Of a stretch of 64,000 nt of DNA, positions 32,269 to 41,469 are shown one piece after another. This stretch comes from Bacteroidales bacterium (GTDB lineage Bacteria > Bacteroidota > Bacteroidia > Bacteroidales > Marinilabiliaceae). Where the stretch lies: positions 37,122-101,121 of the forward strand of contig JAKSLH010000004.1 of the NCBI GenBank assembly GCA_024401335.1, written 5' to 3'. A program made the translations under genes and the position numbers. Every line of letters begins with the position of its first letter. Positions within the stretch are counted from its first letter, which is position 1. The notes beneath the pieces are model-generated. The model was not told the DNA's origin. It ran no database searches and saw nothing but the letters and a program-made list of their open reading frames with translations.

Positions 32269-32772
32269 ATGAAGAAATCTTTTTTCATTTGCATCATGCT
32301 ATTGTTATGTGGCGTGTGCAAAGCTCAGATGGCGCAGTTCCAAGCGCTCTACATTTACAACTTCGCTAAAAATATCGGATGGCCTTCAGAAGACGGATCG
32401 AAAGACCTTGTCATCACTGTTGTCGGCGACAATGACCTGGCTGCTGAGCTCAACAAACTGGCAGCAACAAAGTCGATTGGTTCTAGAAAGGTTGTCGTAA
32501 AGGAATCAGCAACGACAAATGGCATTCAGAAAAGCGACATTGTATTCTTAGGCGAATCGAAATCAAGCCAAATAGCTTCGCTGATTACAGCCCAAGAGGG
32601 CAACAAAAACCTTATAGTCAGTGGCAAGAATGGACAATGCGGCCAAGGAGCTGGCATCGCGTTTTTGTCAGAAGGTGGCAAACTTAAGTTTGAGATATCA
32701 AACAAGAACATCTCGAAAAGAGGTCTGCAGGTAAGCCAGAAACTGCTTCAGCTCGGCACAGAAGTAGACTAA
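32269..32772 (+). CDS. YfiR/DUF4154-like periplasmic protein (copy 1)
   Basis: 167 aa with a signal peptide. Colinear by eye with Pseudomonas YfiR blocks (f..WP, l.v.VvG, c.vIyLG, ...GG.l.FE.n......GL.v...LL.LG). Confidence 0.75.
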   Translation: MKKSFFICIMLLLCGVCKAQMAQFQALYIYNFAKNIGWPSEDGSKDLVITVVGDNDLAAELNKLAATKSIGSRKVVVKESATTNGIQKSDIVFLGESKSSQIASLITAQEGNKNLIVSGKNGQCGQGAGIAFLSEGGKLKFEISNKNISKRGLQVSQKLLQLGTEVD

Positions 32773-32806
32773 AGGAACAGAACATCCCAGCTAAAAACTA
32801 TAAGCC

Positions 32807-35608
32807 ATGAAAATGAGAATAAAATATATTGCGGTGCTTGTATTGGCGTCGCTCATGTGTATCAATGTTGATGCTCAGCAGAAACTGACAAAGGATCAGA
32901 TCATGAGCATGAGCATAGAAGAGTTATCAGAGCTTCCACTCGAGGAGCTTATGGATGCAGTAGAGACACTAGGCGTTTCGAGTGTTGACGAACTCTTTGC
33001 ATTGATCATGAACAAGAACGTATCATCTGCATCAAAAGCAGAGGAGAACGCCTTCACCTCTCCCCTATCGACTACAGTAATCACAAAAGACGAGATGCGC
33101 ACATACGGCATACTCTCGCTTGAAGAGGCCTTCCGTCTTATACCAGGTATGATTGTCACAGAAAAGACACCAGGCAACTTTGATATACAGATGCGTGGCT
33201 TGAACAACATACCGGGTAACAGCTCTATCATGTACACAGAGAACGCTAACACGCTGTTGATGATAGACGGACGTCCTATGCACAACTATGGCATCGCGGC
33301 AATAACAATGGACCTCATGCCTATATCAATAGAGGACGTTGAGAGAATAGAAGTAGTAAGAGGAGCCTGCGGAGCATTGTATGGAGCTAATGCTGTGAGC
33401 GGTGTGATCAATATCATCACAGAGAAACCTGGCGAATCGTCGAAGACTGTTGCAGGAAACATACAGATGGGCAACAACAGTAACATGATAGGCGACATAG
33501 CAATACGTAATACATGGATGGACGGAAAGCTGTCGACAGGTGTCACATTCAACATGCAACACAGAGGACGCACAACAAACCTTCTTCCTAGCGCTCCATC
33601 ACAGTCGAACAGATATTACGTAGAAGACGACGACCTGCTCGAATCGACACGCAATATGCCTGTGGATGAGGAAGGACTGAAGAAGCTCTTGGAGAGCGGC
33701 AAGATACGCCTGGCTGTTGACGAAGAATGGATGTCGGCAAAGGATATTGACCGCTACCGCAACTATGTGGGCAGCACACTCAGCAATGCGACAGAGCCAT
33801 CTACAAACTTGACAGAGATGTATGATGATCCTAACGTGTCGCGCAACAACAAAGGCATAAACGGCTATATAAGTTTTGCTCCTTCAGATGGCATAAGATT
33901 CGACCTTACAGGAGGCTATCACCAGTCATCAGCATTAGTATCGACAGTAGTGGACTTCATCGCGCCACTGACAACACGCGAGGCTAAGAAAGGATATGTA
34001 AACCTTAACAGCCAGATAAAGAACTTCAGCGTAAACCTGGGCTATAACGCAGGTATACAAGACTATGTAAAAGGTCTTGCAGGATTCAAACTCTGGGAAC
34101 AGTCATTCAATGCAAACGCAGAATACACCCTCAAACTCGGGGATCTGGCGATCAAACCAGGCGTCTTCTATGAATGGATAAAATGTGAGGACTATCTGCC
34201 AGTATATAACACAGAAGGAGAAGCTAACCGCCAGACGCTAGTAAGTGCAGGTACATCGGCAACAGAAGCTTATTCATGGCATTATGAGAAGGCTGGAACA
34301 AAACCTGCCGAGGGTACAGACAGACTCTTTGGATTCTTCAACACAGAGACACACCTATATAGCGTAGCACCAAGTTTGCGACTCGACTACAAGATTGGCG
34401 ACTTGCGACTCATAGGAGCATTCCGTTCTGACAAGACAAGAATACCAGACAAGTGGAACAGCTCATGGCAGTTTGCCGCTAACTATAGCATCAACGATAG
34501 AAACTTTATTCGTTTTGTATATGGACGCGCCAACAGAAGTTGCTGTCTTGTGAACACATCTGCAGGCTTCCAATGGAACAAGACATACATGATGCCTGCC
34601 AAGATATACATGACTGGAAACCCTGATGCAGACCTTGTACATATAGACAATTTCGAAATAGGCTACAGATGGAGACCAACAAACAAGATATTGGTTGATG
34701 CAGAAGCTTTCTATTCAAGGTCGTCGGATTTCGGATTCTTGAGATCTGCTAAGTCTATGTTTGCAATCAGTGGCACTGACATGGTAACGGACCTTGTAGC
34801 ATGTGCGACAGTATTACGTCCGGTACTCGGACTTGACAACGCAACCATGGGTGGATATGTTTATAAGAACGGCATGGAGACTAGAACATATCTCAACTAT
34901 GAAAACGTACCTTTCAAGGCCAACCAGATGGGCTTGTCTATGAACGTTGACTACATCATCTCATCAAAGCTTATAGCAAAGCTGAACTTTAATGTGCAGC
35001 AAACAAAACTTGATGACTACTACGAATACAACAAGAATGTAGGCATATCTAAACAGCTTGGCATCGCGACACAAGAACTCTATGCACATCTGCTCTCGGG
35101 CGAGATTGTAGGCGACTTCTTCAAAGAGATAGACGCCATAATAGCAGAAACTGGTATGGATGCACAGACAGCTGTGGTTTCGTTCTTCACAAACCCACAG
35201 TATATCGACAAGCTCAACAAATTTGGCCAAGACCACGCTATCAAACATCAAGGCAATGACTTCTATTTCGGATCAACAAACTTTGAAGAGCCTCCAACAG
35301 AAAATGGTGTAAAACATGAAGCAACACCATCTGTCTATGGTATGCTCGGCTTGATATATAAGCCTATTGACAAGCTCAACATAGCAGCTTTTGGTAACTT
35401 CGTCGGCAAACGAACATTCAAGACTGGCTTTGGCGAACAGACACTTGACAACCGTTGTACAGTAAACGTCAAGATTGGATACAAACCTATGCAGAACTTC
35501 GAATTCTTTATGAATGCGCACAATCTATTCAACACAGAAAAGCAAGAGTTCATTTATAGTGACAAGATAGGTGGAACTTATACATTAGGCATCAATTTCG
35601 GCTTCTAA
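32807..35608 (+). CDS. TonB-dependent-receptor-like outer membrane protein with acidic helical N-extension (copy 1)
   Basis: 933 aa with a signal peptide. Plug motifs (LIPGMIV..., IERIEVVRGACGALYGANAVSGVINIITEKP), a long beta-rich barrel and a terminal ...GINFGF. Confidence 0.8.
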   Translation: MKMRIKYIAVLVLASLMCINVDAQQKLTKDQIMSMSIEELSELPLEELMDAVETLGVSSVDELFALIMNKNVSSASKAEENAFTSPLSTTVITKDEMRTYGILSLEEAFRLIPGMIVTEKTPGNFDIQMRGLNNIPGNSSIMYTENANTLLMIDGRPMHNYGIAAITMDLMPISIEDVERIEVVRGACGALYGANAVSGVINIITEKPGESSKTVAGNIQMGNNSNMIGDIAIRNTWMDGKLSTGVTFNMQHRGRTTNLLPSAPSQSNRYYVEDDDLLESTRNMPVDEEGLKKLLESGKIRLAVDEEWMSAKDIDRYRNYVGSTLSNATEPSTNLTEMYDDPNVSRNNKGINGYISFAPSDGIRFDLTGGYHQSSALVSTVVDFIAPLTTREAKKGYVNLNSQIKNFSVNLGYNAGIQDYVKGLAGFKLWEQSFNANAEYTLKLGDLAIKPGVFYEWIKCEDYLPVYNTEGEANRQTLVSAGTSATEAYSWHYEKAGTKPAEGTDRLFGFFNTETHLYSVAPSLRLDYKIGDLRLIGAFRSDKTRIPDKWNSSWQFAANYSINDRNFIRFVYGRANRSCCLVNTSAGFQWNKTYMMPAKIYMTGNPDADLVHIDNFEIGYRWRPTNKILVDAEAFYSRSSDFGFLRSAKSMFAISGTDMVTDLVACATVLRPVLGLDNATMGGYVYKNGMETRTYLNYENVPFKANQMGLSMNVDYIISSKLIAKLNFNVQQTKLDDYYEYNKNVGISKQLGIATQELYAHLLSGEIVGDFFKEIDAIIAETGMDAQTAVVSFFTNPQYIDKLNKFGQDHAIKHQGNDFYFGSTNFEEPPTENGVKHEATPSVYGMLGLIYKPIDKLNIAAFGNFVGKRTFKTGFGEQTLDNRCTVNVKIGYKPMQNFEFFMNAHNLFNTEKQEFIYSDKIGGTYTLGINFGF

Positions 35609-35634
35609 GAAGCATATTTAACCCATCAATAACG

Positions 35635-35672
35635 AGGTGGCAGACTACACAGTATTTTGCCACCTTTCTATT
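35635..35672 (+). terminator. intrinsic terminator between the two modules
   Basis: Stem AGGTGGCA / TGCCACCT followed by TTTCTATTT. Confidence 0.55.
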
Positions 35673-35862
35673 TACATATAACACGCTAAGACACACAACA
35701 TAAGATACAACCACACAAAAGGACAATCAATAGAACAAATCAGCAAATAATAGGAAGTATTTACGGACTCTTTTCAGGAATTATATCGGTATATTAGCAA
35801 CATATTAATAACATATACGTATCAAGCTAAATAACAAGTAATAACAACAAAACCATTTCTTT

Positions 35863-36366
35863 ATGAAAAGACTATTTTTCCTAGGGGTAATGCTTGCAAT
35901 TTGTGGTATATGTAAGGCTCAGATGGCTCAGTTCCAAGCGCTTTACATCTATAACTTTGCCAAAAACATCGGATGGCCATCAGAGGACAGTTCAAAAGAC
36001 CTCGTGATTACAGTTATTGGCGACAATGACCTTGCAGCGGAGCTCAACAAACTTGCGGCCACAAAATCTATTGGTGCACGCAAAGTCGTAGTAAAAGAAT
36101 CTGCCACTCCAAATGGCATACAGAAAAGTGACATCGTCTATCTTGGCGAAGCTAAATCTGGTCAGATAGGCGCATTGATAAGCGCCCAGGAAGGCAACAA
36201 AAACCTCATTGTCAGCGGAAAGAAAGGGCAATGTGCACAGGGTGCTGGGATATCATTCCAGTCAGAAGGTGGCAAGCTGAAATTCGAGATTTCAAACAAG
36301 AATATCTCAAAAAGAGGTTTACAGGTTAGCCAAAAACTATTGCAGCTTGGCACAGAAGTGGACTAA
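35863..36366 (+). CDS. YfiR/DUF4154-like periplasmic protein (copy 2)
   Basis: 167 aa, the same length as copy 1. The mature part is roughly nine-tenths identical by eye. Confidence 0.75.
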   Translation: MKRLFFLGVMLAICGICKAQMAQFQALYIYNFAKNIGWPSEDSSKDLVITVIGDNDLAAELNKLAATKSIGARKVVVKESATPNGIQKSDIVYLGEAKSGQIGALISAQEGNKNLIVSGKKGQCAQGAGISFQSEGGKLKFEISNKNISKRGLQVSQKLLQLGTEVD

Positions 36367-36396
36367 CAAACAAATAGAAACGCAAAAATCTACAAT

Positions 36397-39261
36397 ATGA
36401 AAATGAAGTATATCGCAGTCGCCCTCATTGCCATGTTAATGGCTACAAATGTGGACGCACAACAGAAATACAGTCGAGAGCAGATACTCAACATGAGCAT
36501 AGAACAACTTTCTGAGTTGCCTCTCGAAGACCTCATGGAAGCAGTTGAGACACTTGGAGTATCAAGTGTTGATGAGTTGTTTGCCATGATCATGAACAAA
36601 AACGTATCATCAGCATCAAAGCAGGAGGAAAACTCGTTCACTTCTCCTTTGTCATCAACAGTTATCACACGTGACGAGATACGCACATACGGCTGCTCTA
36701 CAGTAGAAGAGGCCTTGAGACTTGTTCCTGGTATGATGGTATCAGAGAAGCTTCCTGGTGTATTCGATGTTCAGATGAGAGGCTTGTCCAACATTCCGGA
36801 CAACAACATGTATGTTTACACTGAGAATATGAACATCCTTGTGATGGTTGATGGTAGAATTACTCACAACTACGCTGTGGGTATGCCTAGCCTCGAAAAC
36901 CTACCTATCTCTATAGAAGATATAGAGCGAGTAGAAGTAGTTAGAGGTGCGACATCATCACTCTATGGTCCTAACGCAGTACAGGGTGTTATCAACATCA
37001 TCACTCAGAAGCCGGACAACGCTCAAGCACAAGTAAGCGGTAGCCTCAAGCTTGGAAACAATTTCAGACAGGCAGAAGGTGCTCTCCGCAAAACATTTGG
37101 CAAATTGAGCCTTGGTCTTACATACAACATGCAGCGTCATAAGAGAGCTGTCAACACATTGTATCTTGCTCCTTCATCGAACACATACATCATCAATGAC
37201 AAATCGCTCTTTGATGGTCCGAACTACTACATGAGCAATGGTAATTTTGCTACTGGATTAGCATCAGGCAAAATAGAAGACGTGTCAGAAGGAAAGCACA
37301 TCTCACTGAATGACTACAGCAATTACTACACTGCATCAGGAAATGACGAAAATGGCATAGTATTCAGCTACAAGGGATTGAGCAACATTGAGGAGGCATA
37401 TCCAGACATTGAAATGGGCCGTAGAAACGACGGTATCAATGCGTATGTAACATTTGTTCCAAAGAGCGACATCCGTTTCGATTTGACAGCTGGCTACCAG
37501 TATTCATATCAAAACAATACACAGGTAGGTCAGGACAACGTTAGTGTGCGTGGTCGTGAATTCTCAACATTCTACACAAACCTCAATGCCGACATCAAGA
37601 ACCTCAAGCTTCTTGCCAACTACTATCAAGGTTGCAACCACTATTGTATGGGAGCTGCAGGTTTCCAGATGTATAACCAGCAAGCAAGTGTATCAGCAGA
37701 ATACACTATAAAGGTTGGCGAGTTAGGCATCAAGCCTGGTGTTGGATACCAGTACATCAAGCTCAAGGACCACAAGCCAGAGTACCTTGACTACAATGAC
37801 GGCACAGGTGTACATGAAACGTCTGGTTTCTGGGGTTACTATAGCCAAGGCAATGATAATGTAGAAAACGACGACATCTCTGGTAGCTTGCGACTTGATT
37901 ACAAGCACGAAGGTCTCCGCTTGATAGGTGCTGGACGTTTCGACAAGACAACTATTCCTGATGACTTCAACCCATCATGGCAGTTTGTTGCTTCATACGA
38001 GATAAACGACAGAAACTTCATTCGTGCCAACTACGGCCGTGCACGTCGATCAGCTGCCTTTGTAAACACTTCAAGTAACTACAACTGGCACAACGCATCT
38101 ATGCCACACTGGATTCAGTTCATGGGTAACGAAGATGCTTCACTTGTTAAGATCGACAATTTTGAACTCGGATATCGTTGGAAGCCAACCGCCAAGGTAC
38201 TTGTTGACGCAGAAGCATTCTACTCAATAAGCCAGGATTATGGTCAGCTTAAGGCATACAAGTCAATGTTGACACTTTCGTCAAACGACTTGACAACAAT
38301 ACTTGGTGGCCTCATGACAGGTCAGCTCACAAGCGAACAGGCAGGTGCTATGCTTCCTAACATGTTTGGTTCAAAGGCCTACATACGTTATGACAGTATG
38401 CCATTCAAGGTTTACCAGAAGGGTATCGGAGTAAATGTTGACTGGATCATTTCGCCAAAACTCATTGCTAAGGTCAACGCAAACGTTCAGCAGACAAAGA
38501 TTGACGACTACTACCAGTATAGCCAGGCAGACATGATCAGACAGCAACTTCTCACATCAGCTGCTGTCACAACAGCAAACATAACTCCACTCATCGGTGA
38601 AATCATGTATAATGTCCAGGTAGATGCTACAGCTGCAGCAACACAAGTAATGATGAACGGCGGCACTGCTGAAGAAGCACAAGTAGCAGGATTGGCAGCA
38701 GCACAGAAGTATGTAGGCGCATGCACAGGCTACACACCTGTACATCCTTACAGAGAGCAATATGAAGCTATGAGCGACAGCGAGAAGCAGACATACCTCG
38801 CAGGTCTTTTGCAGAAGTATGCCGCTAATGAGATGATTGATGGCAACGTACGTCCACTCGGTCTTTATTATGCGATGAAATATAACATAGAATATAACAC
38901 TGAGACTGACGAGTATTATTTCGGTTCATCAGTAGCCGAAAACCCAGAAACCCAAAATGGCTACAAGCACAAGGCTTGTCCATCATTCTATGGCAACATC
39001 GGTCTCATATACAAGCCAACCGAGAAGCTTTCACTCTCGACATTCGCTTACTTCATGAGCAAACGCGAGATCTGCACAATCTTCGGAACTCAGGACATAG
39101 ATCCCGTTTTCACAATGAACTTCAAGGCTGGATACAAGCCTGTCTCTAATTGTGAAGTATTCTTCGAAGCACACAACCTGCTCAACAGCAACAAGAGCGA
39201 ATTTGCTTATACCGACAAGATAAAGGGAACATATTCTCTTGGTATCAATTTCGCATTCTAA
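36397..39261 (+). CDS. TonB-dependent-receptor-like outer membrane protein (copy 2)
   Basis: 954 aa. The N-extension and plug are clearly homologous to copy 1 (MSIEQLSELPLEDLMEAVETLGVSSVDELFAMIMNKNVSSASK...). The barrel is much more diverged. Terminal ...GINFAF. Confidence 0.8.
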   Translation: MKMKYIAVALIAMLMATNVDAQQKYSREQILNMSIEQLSELPLEDLMEAVETLGVSSVDELFAMIMNKNVSSASKQEENSFTSPLSSTVITRDEIRTYGCSTVEEALRLVPGMMVSEKLPGVFDVQMRGLSNIPDNNMYVYTENMNILVMVDGRITHNYAVGMPSLENLPISIEDIERVEVVRGATSSLYGPNAVQGVINIITQKPDNAQAQVSGSLKLGNNFRQAEGALRKTFGKLSLGLTYNMQRHKRAVNTLYLAPSSNTYIINDKSLFDGPNYYMSNGNFATGLASGKIEDVSEGKHISLNDYSNYYTASGNDENGIVFSYKGLSNIEEAYPDIEMGRRNDGINAYVTFVPKSDIRFDLTAGYQYSYQNNTQVGQDNVSVRGREFSTFYTNLNADIKNLKLLANYYQGCNHYCMGAAGFQMYNQQASVSAEYTIKVGELGIKPGVGYQYIKLKDHKPEYLDYNDGTGVHETSGFWGYYSQGNDNVENDDISGSLRLDYKHEGLRLIGAGRFDKTTIPDDFNPSWQFVASYEINDRNFIRANYGRARRSAAFVNTSSNYNWHNASMPHWIQFMGNEDASLVKIDNFELGYRWKPTAKVLVDAEAFYSISQDYGQLKAYKSMLTLSSNDLTTILGGLMTGQLTSEQAGAMLPNMFGSKAYIRYDSMPFKVYQKGIGVNVDWIISPKLIAKVNANVQQTKIDDYYQYSQADMIRQQLLTSAAVTTANITPLIGEIMYNVQVDATAAATQVMMNGGTAEEAQVAGLAAAQKYVGACTGYTPVHPYREQYEAMSDSEKQTYLAGLLQKYAANEMIDGNVRPLGLYYAMKYNIEYNTETDEYYFGSSVAENPETQNGYKHKACPSFYGNIGLIYKPTEKLSLSTFAYFMSKREICTIFGTQDIDPVFTMNFKAGYKPVSNCEVFFEAHNLLNSNKSEFAYTDKIKGTYSLGINFAF

Positions 39262-39295
39262 AAGGGATTAACAACCATTATTTGTTATATTTGCA

Positions 39296-39332
39296 ATCCT
39301 GCCAGGAGGTTAAAGCCCTGGCAGGATTTTTC
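39296..39332 (+). terminator. intrinsic terminator after module 2
   Basis: 11-bp perfect stem ATCCTGCCAGG / CCTGGCAGGAT followed by TTTTTC. Confidence 0.8.
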
Positions 39333-39382
39333 ATTACAAACATTTTCAGCTTCAAGCCGTATTATAATCAAAACGAACCGAC

Positions 39383-41383
39383 ATGAAAAATTTACTACTC
39401 ATATTTCTTGCATGCCTGTTGGCCTCTGCATGGCAAACAACAGAAGCTCAAAAGAAATCGAAAGGTAAGCAAACCCAGAAATATAGTACAAAGAACAAAA
39501 AAGCCATAGAAGCATACGAAAAAGGCGAAATGGACGCCATGTATGACAGATACCAGTCGGCAATACTAAACTTTGAAACGGCGAAGAAATACGACCCGAA
39601 TTTCAAGGAAGCATACCATGCCCTTGCTGAGGTATATTATAACCTAGGAGATTTTGAAGAGCAGTTCCTTCACATACAAAAGGCCGTCACAATAGACTCG
39701 ACATATTTCATCACAGCATATTACAATGCCGGTGTAGCACTATGCAACCTCAACAGATTTAGCGAAGCCATGGAATGGTTTGATCTGTATAAGAAATTTG
39801 CACAGGGCAAGAAAAACATCAAAAACGTTGATGCTCTCATAAAGAAAGCTATGGCTATCAAATATATCATGGAACATCCTGTGCCATATAAGCCACATCT
39901 TGTCTCGGAAAATGTCGCTACAGAATATGACCAATACTGGCCTAGCATCACACTTGATGAAGAAGAACTCGTGTTCACGATGCAGCTGCCTCGCGATCCT
40001 GACGCCTATGCCAAAAACAAACTACTGCCAAGAGTTCCTTCTAACTTCCAAGAAGATTTTTATGTCAGCAGAAAAGTAAACAACGAATGGTCTGCACCTG
40101 TTCCAATGGTCAGCATCAACACTTCAAGCAATGAAGGAGCACAAGCGCTTTCGGCAGATGGAAGATGGATGTTTTTTACAGCATGCGGAAGGGAAGATTC
40201 AAAAGGATCTTGTGACATATATTTCTGCAGGAAAACACCGACAGGATGGTCAGAACCTATAAATGTAGGAGCACCTGTGAATACACCATACTGGGAGTCG
40301 CAGCCATGTTTTTCAGCTGATGGACAGACTCTTTACTTTGTCAGCGGACGCCCAGGAGGCAAAGGAGGTATGGACATATGGAAATCAAAGATAACAGGAT
40401 TCACTAAAACAGGCACGCCTATCTTTGGAACCGCCGTCAACCTTGGCGACTCAATCAACACAAGAGGAGACGAGACATCGCCTTACATACATCCTGATGA
40501 CAAAACACTATATTTCTCGTCCGACGGATGGCCTGGCATAGGAAAACTCGACATATTCATCAGCCGACGCAACGGCAATGGAGACTGGGGCACGCCAAGA
40601 AACATAGGCTACCCTATCAACACTCCTCTCGACGACAACGGATTTATAATAAACGCTGCTGGCACAACAGCATACATGTCATCGACAAGATTGCAAAAGA
40701 ATGGCATACAGAAACAAGACCTTCTATGCTTTGAAGTCCCAGAAGAGATACGTCCTGAACCTGTTTCATACATAAAGGGACATGTATATGATAGTAAGAC
40801 ATTACAGCCATTGATGGCGGACATAGAACTTGTTAGCCTTGACACTAAAGAGAATAGAGTCAAGTCGCAATCAGACAAGTCAAGTGGCACATTCCTAGTA
40901 AACTTGCCTGCAGGCAAAGACTACGGGTTGTTCGCGACATGCCCTGGATATCTGTTCAACTCACAGAATTATGCTCTGAGCAATGTCAAGGCGACATCAG
41001 GTATGGTCACACTTGACATACCATTGTCACCTATCGAGAAAGGTCAAAGAGTAACACTCAAAAACGTATTCTTCGACACCAATTCTGCCGAGCTCAAACA
41101 AGAGTCATTCGTGGAACTGGATAGGCTTATCGCACTGATGAGAAGCAATCCGAACATAAAGATTGAAATCGGAGGTCACACAGACAATGTCGGATCAGCA
41201 GAATATAACAAAAAACTATCTGAAGAGAGAGCGAAGACCACCGTTGACTATCTCTGCAGCAAAGGTATCAGTAGTGCAAAACTTACTTACAAAGGTTACG
41301 GCATGACGCAACCAGTAGCCGACAACAACACGGAAGAAGGCAGGGCTGTGAACCGCCGAATAGAGGCCAAGATCGTGCAATAA
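39383..41383 (+). CDS. porE: PorE-like multidomain protein (TPR + PD40 beta-propeller + carboxypeptidase-regulatory-like + OmpA_C peptidoglycan-binding)
   Basis: 666 aa. TPR region (residues ~40-140), repeated PD40 signatures (SADGRWMFFTA, FSADGQTLYFVS, HPDDKTLYFSSDG), CRD (IKGHVYDSKTLQPL...) and OmpA_C (FFDTNSAEL...GHTDNVGSAEYNKKLSEERA...NRRIE). This is the four-domain order described for P. gingivalis PorE. Confidence 0.65.
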   Translation: MKNLLLIFLACLLASAWQTTEAQKKSKGKQTQKYSTKNKKAIEAYEKGEMDAMYDRYQSAILNFETAKKYDPNFKEAYHALAEVYYNLGDFEEQFLHIQKAVTIDSTYFITAYYNAGVALCNLNRFSEAMEWFDLYKKFAQGKKNIKNVDALIKKAMAIKYIMEHPVPYKPHLVSENVATEYDQYWPSITLDEEELVFTMQLPRDPDAYAKNKLLPRVPSNFQEDFYVSRKVNNEWSAPVPMVSINTSSNEGAQALSADGRWMFFTACGREDSKGSCDIYFCRKTPTGWSEPINVGAPVNTPYWESQPCFSADGQTLYFVSGRPGGKGGMDIWKSKITGFTKTGTPIFGTAVNLGDSINTRGDETSPYIHPDDKTLYFSSDGWPGIGKLDIFISRRNGNGDWGTPRNIGYPINTPLDDNGFIINAAGTTAYMSSTRLQKNGIQKQDLLCFEVPEEIRPEPVSYIKGHVYDSKTLQPLMADIELVSLDTKENRVKSQSDKSSGTFLVNLPAGKDYGLFATCPGYLFNSQNYALSNVKATSGMVTLDIPLSPIEKGQRVTLKNVFFDTNSAELKQESFVELDRLIALMRSNPNIKIEIGGHTDNVGSAEYNKKLSEERAKTTVDYLCSKGISSAKLTYKGYGMTQPVADNNTEEGRAVNRRIEAKIVQ

Positions 41384-41469
41384 AATTATTTGATATATCA
41401 TCAAGTTTAATTAACTTTGTCACGACAACTATATGCGAGCACACGAACTGCCGCATGACATAAGCATTA

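Noticed and set aside
39286-39293. TAtaTTTG -7-like box just upstream of the PorE-like gene
   Set aside because: It sits immediately before the 39296-39332 terminator hairpin, so transcription from it would begin inside or ahead of a terminator. More likely this is a chance match in T-rich DNA.
32269-41383. Idea that the YfiR-like proteins plus the OmpA_C protein at 39383 form a YfiB/YfiR-type pair
   Set aside because: A strong terminator (39296-39332) separates them. The OmpA_C protein has the full PorE four-domain architecture rather than a small YfiB/Pal-like lipoprotein. The adjacency may be coincidental.
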